Source: an uncultured Thermodesulfovibrio sp. (GTDB lineage Bacteria; Nitrospirota; Thermodesulfovibrionia; Thermodesulfovibrionales; JdFR-85). From it: 36,755 nt of DNA. The stretch spans positions 1 to 36,755 of the forward strand of contig CAYMML010000006.1 in assembly GCA_964391515.1 (NCBI GenBank), given 5' to 3'. Every line of letters begins with the position of its first letter. Position 1 is the stretch's first letter. The translations under genes were made by a program, and so were the position numbers. The notes under the pieces are model-generated. The model worked only from the letters and a program-made list of their open reading frames with translations. It was not told the DNA's origin and searched no databases. Shown piece after piece: positions 17,146 to 25,781 of this stretch.

Positions 17146-17762
17146 ACAAAAGGGGTTTTACATTAATTGAACTACTCCTTGCCCTTGCCATTTCATCTGT
17201 GATGCTTGTTGTCCTTGCCGCCTCTATGCTGATGGGCTACCGTTCTGAAGAAAAGGCATCGAAGCGCCAGGAGGAGGCACAAACCCTGAGGATTGTATCT
17301 GAACGACTTACCCACCTGCTGCGTGGCACATACCCCTTCAGGCGGGTGGTGGAAAACAAGCCCACCCTCTACTTCAGCGGGGACAATGAATCGCTCTCTT
17401 TTGTAACCTCCTCGGTTTCCTCAAACTCCACAGGTATTGTAGATGCACCAGGGCTGAAAGGCATACGATTGTTTTACAAAGGCGACAAACTCCTCATGCA
17501 AGAGTATCTGTTCTTCAGCGACAGTCTGCTTGAGCCTGAGGATGATGAGGGGGTGGTGATGCTTGAAAACGTAAAGGATCTCAAGTTCAGTTATCTGGAT
17601 ACTTCAGAAAGTGAAAAGGGGCAATGGGTTGATGAATGGTTGCCGGATGAAAAAACCCTCCCCTCAGCAGTAAAGATAGAGATAACCATTGAGACTGAAG
17701 ACAAAGAACTCAGGGTACCCCCTCTTATTATCAAAATAGAGCCACGTGAACGGGTTACTTAA
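17142..17762 (+). CDS. gspJ: Minor pseudopilin GspJ
   Basis: KRG|FTLIELL, C-terminal WVDEW...LPSAVKI; ATGA overlap with gspI. Confidence 0.85.
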   Translation: MNKRGFTLIELLLALAISSVMLVVLAASMLMGYRSEEKASKRQEEAQTLRIVSERLTHLLRGTYPFRRVVENKPTLYFSGDNESLSFVTSSVSSNSTGIVDAPGLKGIRLFYKGDKLLMQEYLFFSDSLLEPEDDEGVVMLENVKDLKFSYLDTSESEKGQWVDEWLPDEKTLPSAVKIEITIETEDKELRVPPLIIKIEPRERVT

Positions 17763-19668
17763 CCCTCTTCCCCGGAGGCATCTCCTTTTCAGGGCTCAGA
17801 ATAGCGATATTCTTCCCCTCACCAACGGCAAGCAGCATACCCTGTGACTCAATGCCCATGAGTTTTGCAGGCTTGAGGTTTGCCACAATAACAACCGTTT
17901 TCCCTATAAGGTCATCAGGCATGTAAGCCTTGCCTATACCTGCTACTATCTGCCTTTTCTCACCTGCATCAACCACAAGACGCAGAAGTTTACTCGAACC
18001 CTCAACCCTCTCAGCCTCTAAAACCCTGGCGGTTCTGAGTTCCACTTTTGCAAAGTCCTCTATACTGATAAGCGCACTCTCATCTGTTTTGGCATTATCC
18101 ATTTTTTGCTCCATCCTCTTTTGATCCTCCTTCTTTTCTTCAATTCTGGGGAAAAGTGCCTCACCCTTTCTAACGGTCTTACCCGGTTCTAATTCACCCC
18201 ATCTGAGCCTGGATAGAATGCCTGGCCTCAAAAGCCCCTCAAGGCCAAGTTGCGAGGCCATCCTCTCTGCACTTTCTGGCATAAAGGGTGCAATCAAGAC
18301 AGATATATGTCTTAGCCCTTCAAGAAGGGTGTACATAACCGTCTCGAGCCTTCCCCTCTTTGATTCATCCTTAAATAGTGCCCAGGGTTTCTGATCATCT
18401 ATATATTTATTCAGACTGCTTATAAACGACCAGATATCAGAAAGTGCCTTCTGAAAGGCAAGTACCTTCAGGTGGGCACCCACTCTATCCTTCAATCCTT
18501 CCGCCTCCCTCGCTATCTGCTCATCCACATCTTCAGCCACTGGAACCTTACCACCGAAGTACTTCATCACCATAGAAAGCGTCCTGTTCAGCAGGTTGCC
18601 AAGATCATTTGCAAGATCACTGTTTATCCTGCCCTTTATGGCAGATTCAGAAAAGTCACCATCCAGACCGAAGGTGACCTCCCTGAACATAAAAAACCTG
18701 AACTGGTCAACACCGTACTCCCTGGCCACCTTGAACGGGTCTATCACGTTGCCAAGAGACTTGGACATCTTCCGTCCATCCACAGTCCACCAGCCATGGG
18801 CAAAGATATTCTCCGGCAGAGGCATCTCAAGTGCCATCAGCATGGTTGACCAGTAAACCGCATGGGTCGTGAGTATATCCTTCCCCACAATATGATGCGA
18901 TGCAGGCCACCACTCCTCCCCATATGAGCCTGGAGAGAGGTACCTTGTGGCAGAGAAGTAGTTTATAAGTGCATCAAACCAGACATAAGTTACATAGTTT
19001 GTGTCAAAGGGAAGTTCTATACCCCAAGAAAGCCGTTTTTTCGGCCGCGAAATGCAGAGATCGCCCAGAGGTTGCGCCCTCAGAAAGCCAAGGACCTCAT
19101 TTCTTCTTGACTCCGGTAGTATATATCCGGGGTTTTTTTCTATATACTCAATAAGCCTTTCACCATACTTTGACATAAGGAAAAAGTAGTTTTCCTCCTC
19201 TATCTCTTCGACAGGTCTTCCACAGTCAGGACAGTTACCCTCCTGGATCTCCTTTTCCGTCCAGAACCTTTCATCTGGCGTGCAGTACCAGCCACGGTAC
19301 TGTTTCTTGACTATCTCCCCCCTGTCGTAGAGTCTCTGAAGGAGTTCCTGAACCACCCCTTTGTGCTCCGGATCGGTTGTCCTTATAAAGGCATCGTTTG
19401 AGATATTGAGCACCTTCCAGAGTTCCATAAAGTTTTTCACCATTGAATCTGCATGCTCTTTGGGTGACCTACCCTTGTCTCTGGCAGCCTTTTCCACCTT
19501 CTGGCCGTGCTCGTCGGTACCTGTCAGGAAAAAGACATCGTCACCAAGGAGCCTGTGGTACCTGGCAAGTATATCTGCAGCAACTGTGGTGTAGGCATGG
19601 CCTATGTGTGGAAGGTCATTTACATAGTAAATAGGCGTGGTAACATAGAACTTTTTCCCCATACTCAT
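17755..19668 (-). CDS. metG: Methionine--tRNA ligase with C-terminal tRNA-binding domain
   Basis: TTPIYY, HIGH, GTDEHG, YVWFDAL, KMSKS, C-terminal RQIVAGI...NLKPAKLMGIESQGM. Confidence 0.98.
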   Translation of the reverse strand: MSMGKKFYVTTPIYYVNDLPHIGHAYTTVAADILARYHRLLGDDVFFLTGTDEHGQKVEKAARDKGRSPKEHADSMVKNFMELWKVLNISNDAFIRTTDPEHKGVVQELLQRLYDRGEIVKKQYRGWYCTPDERFWTEKEIQEGNCPDCGRPVEEIEEENYFFLMSKYGERLIEYIEKNPGYILPESRRNEVLGFLRAQPLGDLCISRPKKRLSWGIELPFDTNYVTYVWFDALINYFSATRYLSPGSYGEEWWPASHHIVGKDILTTHAVYWSTMLMALEMPLPENIFAHGWWTVDGRKMSKSLGNVIDPFKVAREYGVDQFRFFMFREVTFGLDGDFSESAIKGRINSDLANDLGNLLNRTLSMVMKYFGGKVPVAEDVDEQIAREAEGLKDRVGAHLKVLAFQKALSDIWSFISSLNKYIDDQKPWALFKDESKRGRLETVMYTLLEGLRHISVLIAPFMPESAERMASQLGLEGLLRPGILSRLRWGELEPGKTVRKGEALFPRIEEKKEDQKRMEQKMDNAKTDESALISIEDFAKVELRTARVLEAERVEGSSKLLRLVVDAGEKRQIVAGIGKAYMPDDLIGKTVVIVANLKPAKLMGIESQGMLLAVGEGKNIAILSPEKEMPPGKRVK

Positions 19669-20723
19669 CTCCGTTTCTTCTTTTTTCTCTTATGCCTTGA
19701 ACCCTTCTTGGTCTTAAGAGGCTTCTTATCCTTCTGCCCCTCTCCTTCGGCTTTCTCGCTTGAAGTGGAACCGGATTTTTCCTTCCCCTTGCCCCTCCTT
19801 CTTCTGCCCCTCCTTCTCCACCGCTTTTTCCCGGTATCTTTTTCTTCAAGGGGAGTCTGGGAGGCAGATGTATCCGCACCGGCCTCGACCTCAGTCTCTT
19901 TTGTAGGGTCTGTAACATCCTCTCCGGACTCTTCCTCTTTCACCTCAACAACCGTCTCTTCTACCGATGAGACAGTGTCTCCAGTTTCGGCCGGTTCACA
20001 CTCCTCACATAGACAACTTGCCTCCTCTTTCAGCAGTTCAGAATCGTCCAGTTCATCTGACGAGTACTCGTAACCAAGGCAGCACATTAATCTACCACAC
20101 ACGCCGGAGAGTTTGGTAGTATTCAGTGCAAGTTCCTGCTCCTTAGCCATCTTTATTGAAATGGGAGCAAAGTTTACTAAGAAGGTGTTACAACAAAGGG
20201 TGCGGCCGCAGATTCCAATGCCGCCGATCAGTTTTGCCTCATCCCTTACACCAATCTGCCTCATCTCGATCCTTGTTCGGAACCTCGATGCAAGGTCTTT
20301 CACAAGTTCCCTGAAGTCTATCCTCCCATCGGCTGTAAAGTAAAATATAATCCTCTTGCGGTCAAGGGTAACCTCAACCGCCACGAGTTTCATGGGGATA
20401 CCCCTTGCCATAACCCTCTCAAGGCAGTACTTCCTTGCATCTTCAGCAAGTTCTTTGTTTTCCTCCATCTGTTTGAAGTCCTCTTCAGTGGCAACCCTAA
20501 TCACCCTTTTTAAATCTTTTGGGACCTCATCTCTGTCTTCGATGAAATTAACCACGGTGCCGATTGTGATGCCAAAGAGAGACTCCACCACCACACTTGA
20601 GCCAGGTGTGAGTTCTTCCTCTCCGACAAGATAGGCATAGACCCTGCCACAGGGTTTGAACCTGACACCTACAACCCTTTCTTCTCTTTCCTGTTCCTCT
20701 TTATTTTCTAACAAGGTCTCCAT
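19665..20723 (-). CDS. ricT: PSP1 domain protein RicT/YaaT with long charged C-terminal tail
   Basis: FYFTADGRIDFRELVKDL, RIEMRQIGVRDE, GICGRxLCC, SGVCGRLMCCL; holB-ricT-metG synteny. Confidence 0.92.
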   Translation of the reverse strand: METLLENKEEQEREERVVGVRFKPCGRVYAYLVGEEELTPGSSVVVESLFGITIGTVVNFIEDRDEVPKDLKRVIRVATEEDFKQMEENKELAEDARKYCLERVMARGIPMKLVAVEVTLDRKRIIFYFTADGRIDFRELVKDLASRFRTRIEMRQIGVRDEAKLIGGIGICGRTLCCNTFLVNFAPISIKMAKEQELALNTTKLSGVCGRLMCCLGYEYSSDELDDSELLKEEASCLCEECEPAETGDTVSSVEETVVEVKEEESGEDVTDPTKETEVEAGADTSASQTPLEEKDTGKKRWRRRGRRRRGKGKEKSGSTSSEKAEGEGQKDKKPLKTKKGSRHKRKKKKRR

Positions 20724-21687
20724 AACACTCCTTTAATAGATAACTAAAGTAGTTCCCCGCTATGGTATGGTTGATATTAAACCTAACGGCATTAAGTACC
20801 CTTACAGCCTCCTCATAGAGTTTTAAACAGGTTTTCAGCGGCAATGCAGCAATTCCGCTTTCTGTATCGGTTTTGATGAGTTTTTTGTTGAACAAGAGTT
20901 TTTCATCCCTCAACCCTGTTCCTATTACTGCAATGTCCCTGATAAACAAGACAAACCCCCTGAGCCAGTCTTCCATCTCTGTTCTGTCCTTCCAGGCAAC
21001 CTGCACCACCCCTTTTGCGAGATCAGAGAAAACCTCTTCCCCTGTGATTTCCGCCATCTCATCTGTTAGCACTTTTCCAGGTGCACCCTGAGAAAGCCTC
21101 GCAAGATACTCTATGTGTCTCTGGCCTGTTATCCCGTTTCTTTTGAGCACCTCTATGGTATCTGCCACCGGCAGGGGATTAAACCGGATATGAAAGCATC
21201 TTGACCTGACGGTATCGAGCAACCGCTCGGGCTGGTGAGAGACGAGTATAATGACGCTACTTCCGGGGGGCTCTTCCAGGGTCTTTAGAAAGGCATTTGA
21301 AGCAGGGGCGTTCATCTGCTCTGCACCATCTATTATAATCACCTTGCGCTCTGCCTCAAGAGGCTTAAAGGATAAAAACTCTATGGCCTCACGAATCTGC
21401 TCGATCTTTATCACCCCGTCATCAGGCTCTATATACTTGATATCCGGATGTAGGTTAATGGCCATCCTCTTACAGTTTTCACACCTGCCGCAGGAGTCCG
21501 CCACACCGTCTCTATCCTCTGGAGAGAGGCAGTTCAATAGCCTTGCAAACTCTACGGCAAGAGACCTTTTACCAACCCCCTCCTCACCTGAAAAAAGATA
21601 GGCACTGGCTATACGACCTCTCCTGTATGAACCGGAAAGGATTTTTTTCTGCCTTTCATGGCCTATTATGTCTTTATAAAGTGACAT
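20701..21687 (-). CDS. holB: DNA polymerase III subunit delta'
   Basis: AYLFSGEEGVGK, Zn motif C...CGRCENC, HPD, NAFLKTLEEP, TVRSRC. Confidence 0.93.
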   Translation of the reverse strand: MSLYKDIIGHERQKKILSGSYRRGRIASAYLFSGEEGVGKRSLAVEFARLLNCLSPEDRDGVADSCGRCENCKRMAINLHPDIKYIEPDDGVIKIEQIREAIEFLSFKPLEAERKVIIIDGAEQMNAPASNAFLKTLEEPPGSSVIILVSHQPERLLDTVRSRCFHIRFNPLPVADTIEVLKRNGITGQRHIEYLARLSQGAPGKVLTDEMAEITGEEVFSDLAKGVVQVAWKDRTEMEDWLRGFVLFIRDIAVIGTGLRDEKLLFNKKLIKTDTESGIAALPLKTCLKLYEEAVRVLNAVRFNINHTIAGNYFSYLLKECYGDLVRK

Positions 21688-21693
21688 GCTGAA

Positions 21694-24120
21694 TCAATGC
21701 TCCCCTATGTCTCTCTCCTTATCTGCCACCTTACCTATGCTAACCACACTGTCATCACCCTCCACATCCATCAGGCGAACACCCTGGGTGTTCCTGCCCA
21801 TCACGGATATGGAAGATGCCTCGGTGCGTATAATCTTGCCCTTGTTTGTAATCATTACTATCTCGTGTTCATCGTGAACCTGGAGATACCCCACAGGATA
21901 ACCGATCTTTTCTCCTACCTTTATCGATATAACACCCTTGCCTCCCCTTTTGTGAAGGGGGTACTCTTCAACCCTGGTCCTCTTACCATAACCCCTTTCG
22001 GTAACCGTGAGAATAGTTGCCTTCTCCTGGATAACCTCAGCAGAGACCACCCAGTCATCCTCTCCAAGACGCATACCTATAACCCCCCTTGCGGTTCTCC
22101 CCATGGGTCTTACATCCTCTTCACGGAACCTGACGGCAAGCCCCATGTGGCTACCGATGAGGATATCGTTTGTACCGGTAGTGCGTCGTACTGCAATAAG
22201 TTCATCACCCTCTCCGAGGCTTATTGCTATAACCCCCTTCCCTCTGGGGTTTCTGAAATCCCGCAGGGGGCTCTTCTTAACATACCCTGAACGGGTGAAC
22301 ATCATCAGGTAACCCTCCTCAAAACTCCTTACAGGGATAGCGGTGGTAATCCGCTCTTTCTCCTGAAGTTGCAGCAGGTTCACCATCGCCTTCCCCCTTG
22401 AGGTACGCCCCACCTCCGGTATCTGGTATATCTTGAGCCAGTAAAGCCGCCCGAGGTTTGAGAAAAAGAGCATGTAGTCATGGGTGGAGCCAATGATGAG
22501 TTGTTCCACGAAGTCATCCTCCTTAGGCCCCATACCTGTAAGCCCCTTTCCACCCCTCCTCTGGCTCCTGTACTCACTCAGTGGTGTCCGCTTAATATAC
22601 CCGTGATGAGTGATGGTAATCACCATCTCCTCCTCTGAAATCAGGTCTTCGATGGTGAGTTCTTCAGTATCTTCTATTATCTCCGTTCTCCTCTCGTCAC
22701 CATACTTATCGCTTATCTCTCGTAACTCATCCCTTATAATGTTGTTAACCAGTTCTTCACTGGCAAGGATGGCCTTGAGTCTCTCTATCTCCTTCAGTGT
22801 CTCCTTGTAGTCCTCAACTATCTTGTCACGTTCAAGTGCGGTAAGCCTCTGGAGTTTCATATCCAGTATCGCCTGAGCCTGAACCGGCGAGAGTTCATAC
22901 CGGGTCATCAAACCCTTCTTTGCCTCCTCAGGGCTGCTCGATGTCCTTATAAGGTTAATCACCTCATCGAGGTGGTCTATTGCTATCTTCAGCCCCTCAA
23001 GTATATGGGCCTTCTCCTCCGCCTTGCGGAGTTCAAACCTGGTTCTACGGATAATGATCTCTCTTCTGTGCTGGATAAAGTGGCTAAGAACCCTCCTGAG
23101 GCTCATGATTCTTGGCTGCCCACCTACCAGGGCAAGCATAATGATACCGAAGGTGCTTTCCATCTGGGTATGCTTATAAAGATTGTTAAGGACAACACGA
23201 GCATTTTCCCCCCTCTTTAGTTCTATAACCACCCTGATCCCATCACGATCCGACTCATCCCGTATCTCAGATATGCCCTCTAACTTTTTTGCCTTAACGA
23301 GTTCGGCTATCTTCTCTATAAGCCTTGCCTTATTCACCATATAGGGAAGTTCGTGAACGATTATCTGCTCATTGCCTCTTTGCGGTGTCTCTATTCTTGC
23401 CCTTGCCCTCATCTTCACTATTCCACGGCCGTGCATGTATGCATCACGAAGCCCCGATGTCCCATGGATAATTCCACCCGTAGGGAAATCCGGCCCCTTT
23501 ATATACTCCATCAACTCCTCTACTGTAGCCTCGGGTTTATCAAGTATGTATATCAATGCATCAATAACCTCTTTCAGGTTGTGAGGGGGAATGTTTGTGG
23601 CCATCCCAACGGCAATACCGGATGAGCCGTTCACAAGCAGGTTGGGCAGTCTTGTGGGAAGGACAGTTGGCTCCTCCGTGGTCTCATCAAAATTGGGGAT
23701 AAAGTCAACCGTCTCCTTGTCTATATCCCTGAGGAGTTCTTCGGCTATCCTTGCAAGCCTTGCCTCGGTATACCTGTATGCGGCTGGAGGATCACCATCA
23801 ATGGAACCAAAGTTTCCCTGCCCATCAATAAGAGGATAGCGGAGATTGAAATCCTGTGCCATCCTTACCAGAGCATCGTAAACCGCACTGTCACCATGGG
23901 GGTGATATTTTTTTAGAACCTCTCCAACCACACCGGCACATTTTGAGTACTTCTTACCAGGTGTCAACCCCTCTCTGAACATGGCATAGAGTATCCTTCT
24001 CTGAACCGGCTTAAGGCCGTCACGAACATCGGGAAGCGCCCTGCCAATGATCACGCTCATGGCGTAATCAAGGTAACTTACCTTCATCTCCTCTTCAATA
24101 CTTACAGGAAGTTTTGCCAT
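21694..24120 (-). CDS. gyrA: DNA gyrase subunit A
   Basis: [20 protein letters not shown], catalytic RY, GPDFPTG, GyrA-box QRRGGKG and CTD pinwheel repeats; start ATG 24120 or GTG 24123. Confidence 0.98.
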   Translation of the reverse strand: MAKLPVSIEEEMKVSYLDYAMSVIIGRALPDVRDGLKPVQRRILYAMFREGLTPGKKYSKCAGVVGEVLKKYHPHGDSAVYDALVRMAQDFNLRYPLIDGQGNFGSIDGDPPAAYRYTEARLARIAEELLRDIDKETVDFIPNFDETTEEPTVLPTRLPNLLVNGSSGIAVGMATNIPPHNLKEVIDALIYILDKPEATVEELMEYIKGPDFPTGGIIHGTSGLRDAYMHGRGIVKMRARARIETPQRGNEQIIVHELPYMVNKARLIEKIAELVKAKKLEGISEIRDESDRDGIRVVIELKRGENARVVLNNLYKHTQMESTFGIIMLALVGGQPRIMSLRRVLSHFIQHRREIIIRRTRFELRKAEEKAHILEGLKIAIDHLDEVINLIRTSSSPEEAKKGLMTRYELSPVQAQAILDMKLQRLTALERDKIVEDYKETLKEIERLKAILASEELVNNIIRDELREISDKYGDERRTEIIEDTEELTIEDLISEEEMVITITHHGYIKRTPLSEYRSQRRGGKGLTGMGPKEDDFVEQLIIGSTHDYMLFFSNLGRLYWLKIYQIPEVGRTSRGKAMVNLLQLQEKERITTAIPVRSFEEGYLMMFTRSGYVKKSPLRDFRNPRGKGVIAISLGEGDELIAVRRTTGTNDILIGSHMGLAVRFREEDVRPMGRTARGVIGMRLGEDDWVVSAEVIQEKATILTVTERGYGKRTRVEEYPLHKRGGKGVISIKVGEKIGYPVGYLQVHDEHEIVMITNKGKIIRTEASSISVMGRNTQGVRLMDVEGDDSVVSIGKVADKERDIGEH

Positions 24121-24143
24121 CACTCCTCCTTGAAATATAAAAA

Positions 24144-24244
24144 TCCCCTTTTGTGTCAGTTTACAGGGGAGCCGTTGAGAGATAACGGAAATTAAACCTT
24201 ACTGTTGCATAAAACCGCCCGGAAACTGGAGGTTATGCAAAGTA
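24144..24244. other. Three consecutive hairpins in the hemB-gyrA intergenic region
   Basis: TCCCCT/AGGGGA (24144-24170), CCGTT/AACGG (24172-24188), TACT-TTGCATAA/TTATGCAA-AGTA (24200-24244). Confidence 0.55.
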
Positions 24245-24301
24245 TGGGTAAACATTATATTATAACCTAAAAGAGGGGCTCAGGTGTGGAAAAACAGGGT
24301 A

Positions 24302-25270
24302 TTAACCAAGTATTTTGGCGGCCTCAGGGGCAAAATAGGTAAGTATCATATCGGCACCGGCACGCTTTATAGAGGTGAGGATCTCCATCATAACACGGTC
24401 GTGATCGATCCAGCCAAGTTCTGCCGCCGCCTTAACGAGGGAGTACTCACCCGATACATTGTATGCGGCAACAGGGAGGTCAAATGCCTCTTTTACATCG
24501 GAGATTATGTCAAGGTAAGAAAGAGCCGGCTTTACCATCACGATGTCTGCACCCTCCTCTATATCAAGCGCCACCTCCTTCAGTGCTTCCCGCCTGTTCG
24601 GCGGATCCATCTGGTAGGAACGACGGTCACCAAACTGAGGTGCACTCTCGGCAGCCTCCCTGAAGGGCCCATAAAAGGCAGAGGCATACTTGGCAGCATA
24701 ACTCATTATTGGTATATCCGAAAACCCCTCCTCATCAAGTGCCTCTCTTATCGCCTGTACCCTGCCGTCCATCATGTCTGAAGGGGCAACCATGTCGGCA
24801 CCTGCCTTTGCGTGGGAGACGGCCTCCTTCTGTAACAGTTCGAGGGTGGGATCATTAAGAACCTCTCCGTTGCTAATTACACCACAATGGCCATGGCTCG
24901 TGTACTCACACATACATACATCGGTAATAACAAGAAGTGAGGAGGTAGCGTCCTTGATGGCCTTTATCGCCTCCTGAACCACTCCATGAGGGTCGTAGGC
25001 ACCAGAGCCTACCTCATCCTTATGTTCAGGGATTCCAAAAAGTATTATGGCCGGTATGCCGAGGGATTCTATCTCTTTTGCAGATTTAACGATGTTATCC
25101 ACAGATTCCTGATAACAGCCGGGCATGGAGCCAATTGGTTTACGCACTCCCCTACCATAGGTAACAAACATGGGATAAATAAGGTCATCCACCCGAAGGA
25201 CGGTCTCACGAACCATCCTCCGGAGTGTCTCCGTCTTACGCAGTCTTCTTGGTCGGTGTAATGGGAACAT
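24302..25270 (-). CDS. hemB: Porphobilinogen synthase (ALA dehydratase), Zn-type
   Basis: [56 protein letters not shown]. Confidence 0.98.
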   Translation of the reverse strand: MFPLHRPRRLRKTETLRRMVRETVLRVDDLIYPMFVTYGRGVRKPIGSMPGCYQESVDNIVKSAKEIESLGIPAIILFGIPEHKDEVGSGAYDPHGVVQEAIKAIKDATSSLLVITDVCMCEYTSHGHCGVISNGEVLNDPTLELLQKEAVSHAKAGADMVAPSDMMDGRVQAIREALDEEGFSDIPIMSYAAKYASAFYGPFREAAESAPQFGDRRSYQMDPPNRREALKEVALDIEEGADIVMVKPALSYLDIISDVKEAFDLPVAAYNVSGEYSLVKAAAELGWIDHDRVMMEILTSIKRAGADMILTYFAPEAAKILG

Positions 25271-25282
25271 ATACTTTATTTG

Positions 25283-25594
25283 CTAACAACTACTACAACT
25301 GGGACCGCAGGAAGACTGGCCACCCTTGAGTACAAACCCCTGAGTTATCCCGTCGTCAACAAAATCCATCTCCATATTCTCAAGCATACGATACGAAAGG
25401 GGGTCTATGTACACCTTAAGCCCATTCTTCTCAATTACCTCGTCCCCTTCCAGAGGACTCTCGGCCAGATCAAGGCCATAAGAGGTGGATCAGCCGCCGC
25501 CTGCAACATATATCCTGAGACCCCAGTCGGGCTTACCCTCCTGGGCAAGTATCTCCTTGGCCTTTTCAGCCGCTTCTGATGTTATTGTAAGCAT
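25283..25594 (-). CDS. HesB/IscA-like Fe-S carrier, probable selenoprotein (in-frame UGA at codon 35); missing from the ORF track
   Basis: AAGGAGG SD at 25599-25605. Manual translation: MLTITSEAAEKAKEILAQEGKPDWGLRIYVAGGG-U-STSYGLDLAESPLEGDEVIEKNGLKVYIDPLSYRMLENMEMDFVDDGITQGFVLKGGQSSCGPSCSSC*. The IscA-like pattern continues for 68 codons past the TGA at 25490-25492. Confidence 0.88.
25458..25484 (-). promoter_or_regulatory. Candidate bacterial SECIS hairpin
   Basis: 3' of UGA: CUCUU/GAGAG lower stem, AU bulge, GGCC/GGCC upper stem, G-containing loop UUGAUCU starting 16 nt after the UGA. Confidence 0.6.
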
Positions 25595-25658
25595 CTTTCC
25601 TCCTTAAGTTCTGTGCTACTCGTATTTCCAGATTCAGGATAATCATTAGAACTCTCTT

Positions 25659-25704
25659 ATAATAACCTTTCAAAACAGCAAAAGGCAATTTGACCCGGGT
25701 CAAA
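25659..25704 (-). promoter_or_regulatory. Promoter of HesB-like gene/hemB with abutting perfect palindrome TTTGACCCGGGTCAAA
   Basis: Minus strand TTGCCT-N18-TATTAT; 16-bp palindrome at 25689-25704 centred about -44.5; TTGAC-N4-GTCAA resembles an FNR box. Confidence 0.6.
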
Positions 25705-25781
25705 AAGGGGCTATCCTTTCCTGAGAAATGTATCAGGTTTCAATGTGTGGTTATCTGGTAATGCCCTTTGTAGTTGAAACA

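Noticed and set aside
25280-25579. 99-aa plus-strand ORF in the track
   Set aside because: Antisense shadow of the HesB-like gene; no SD and no recognisable motifs.
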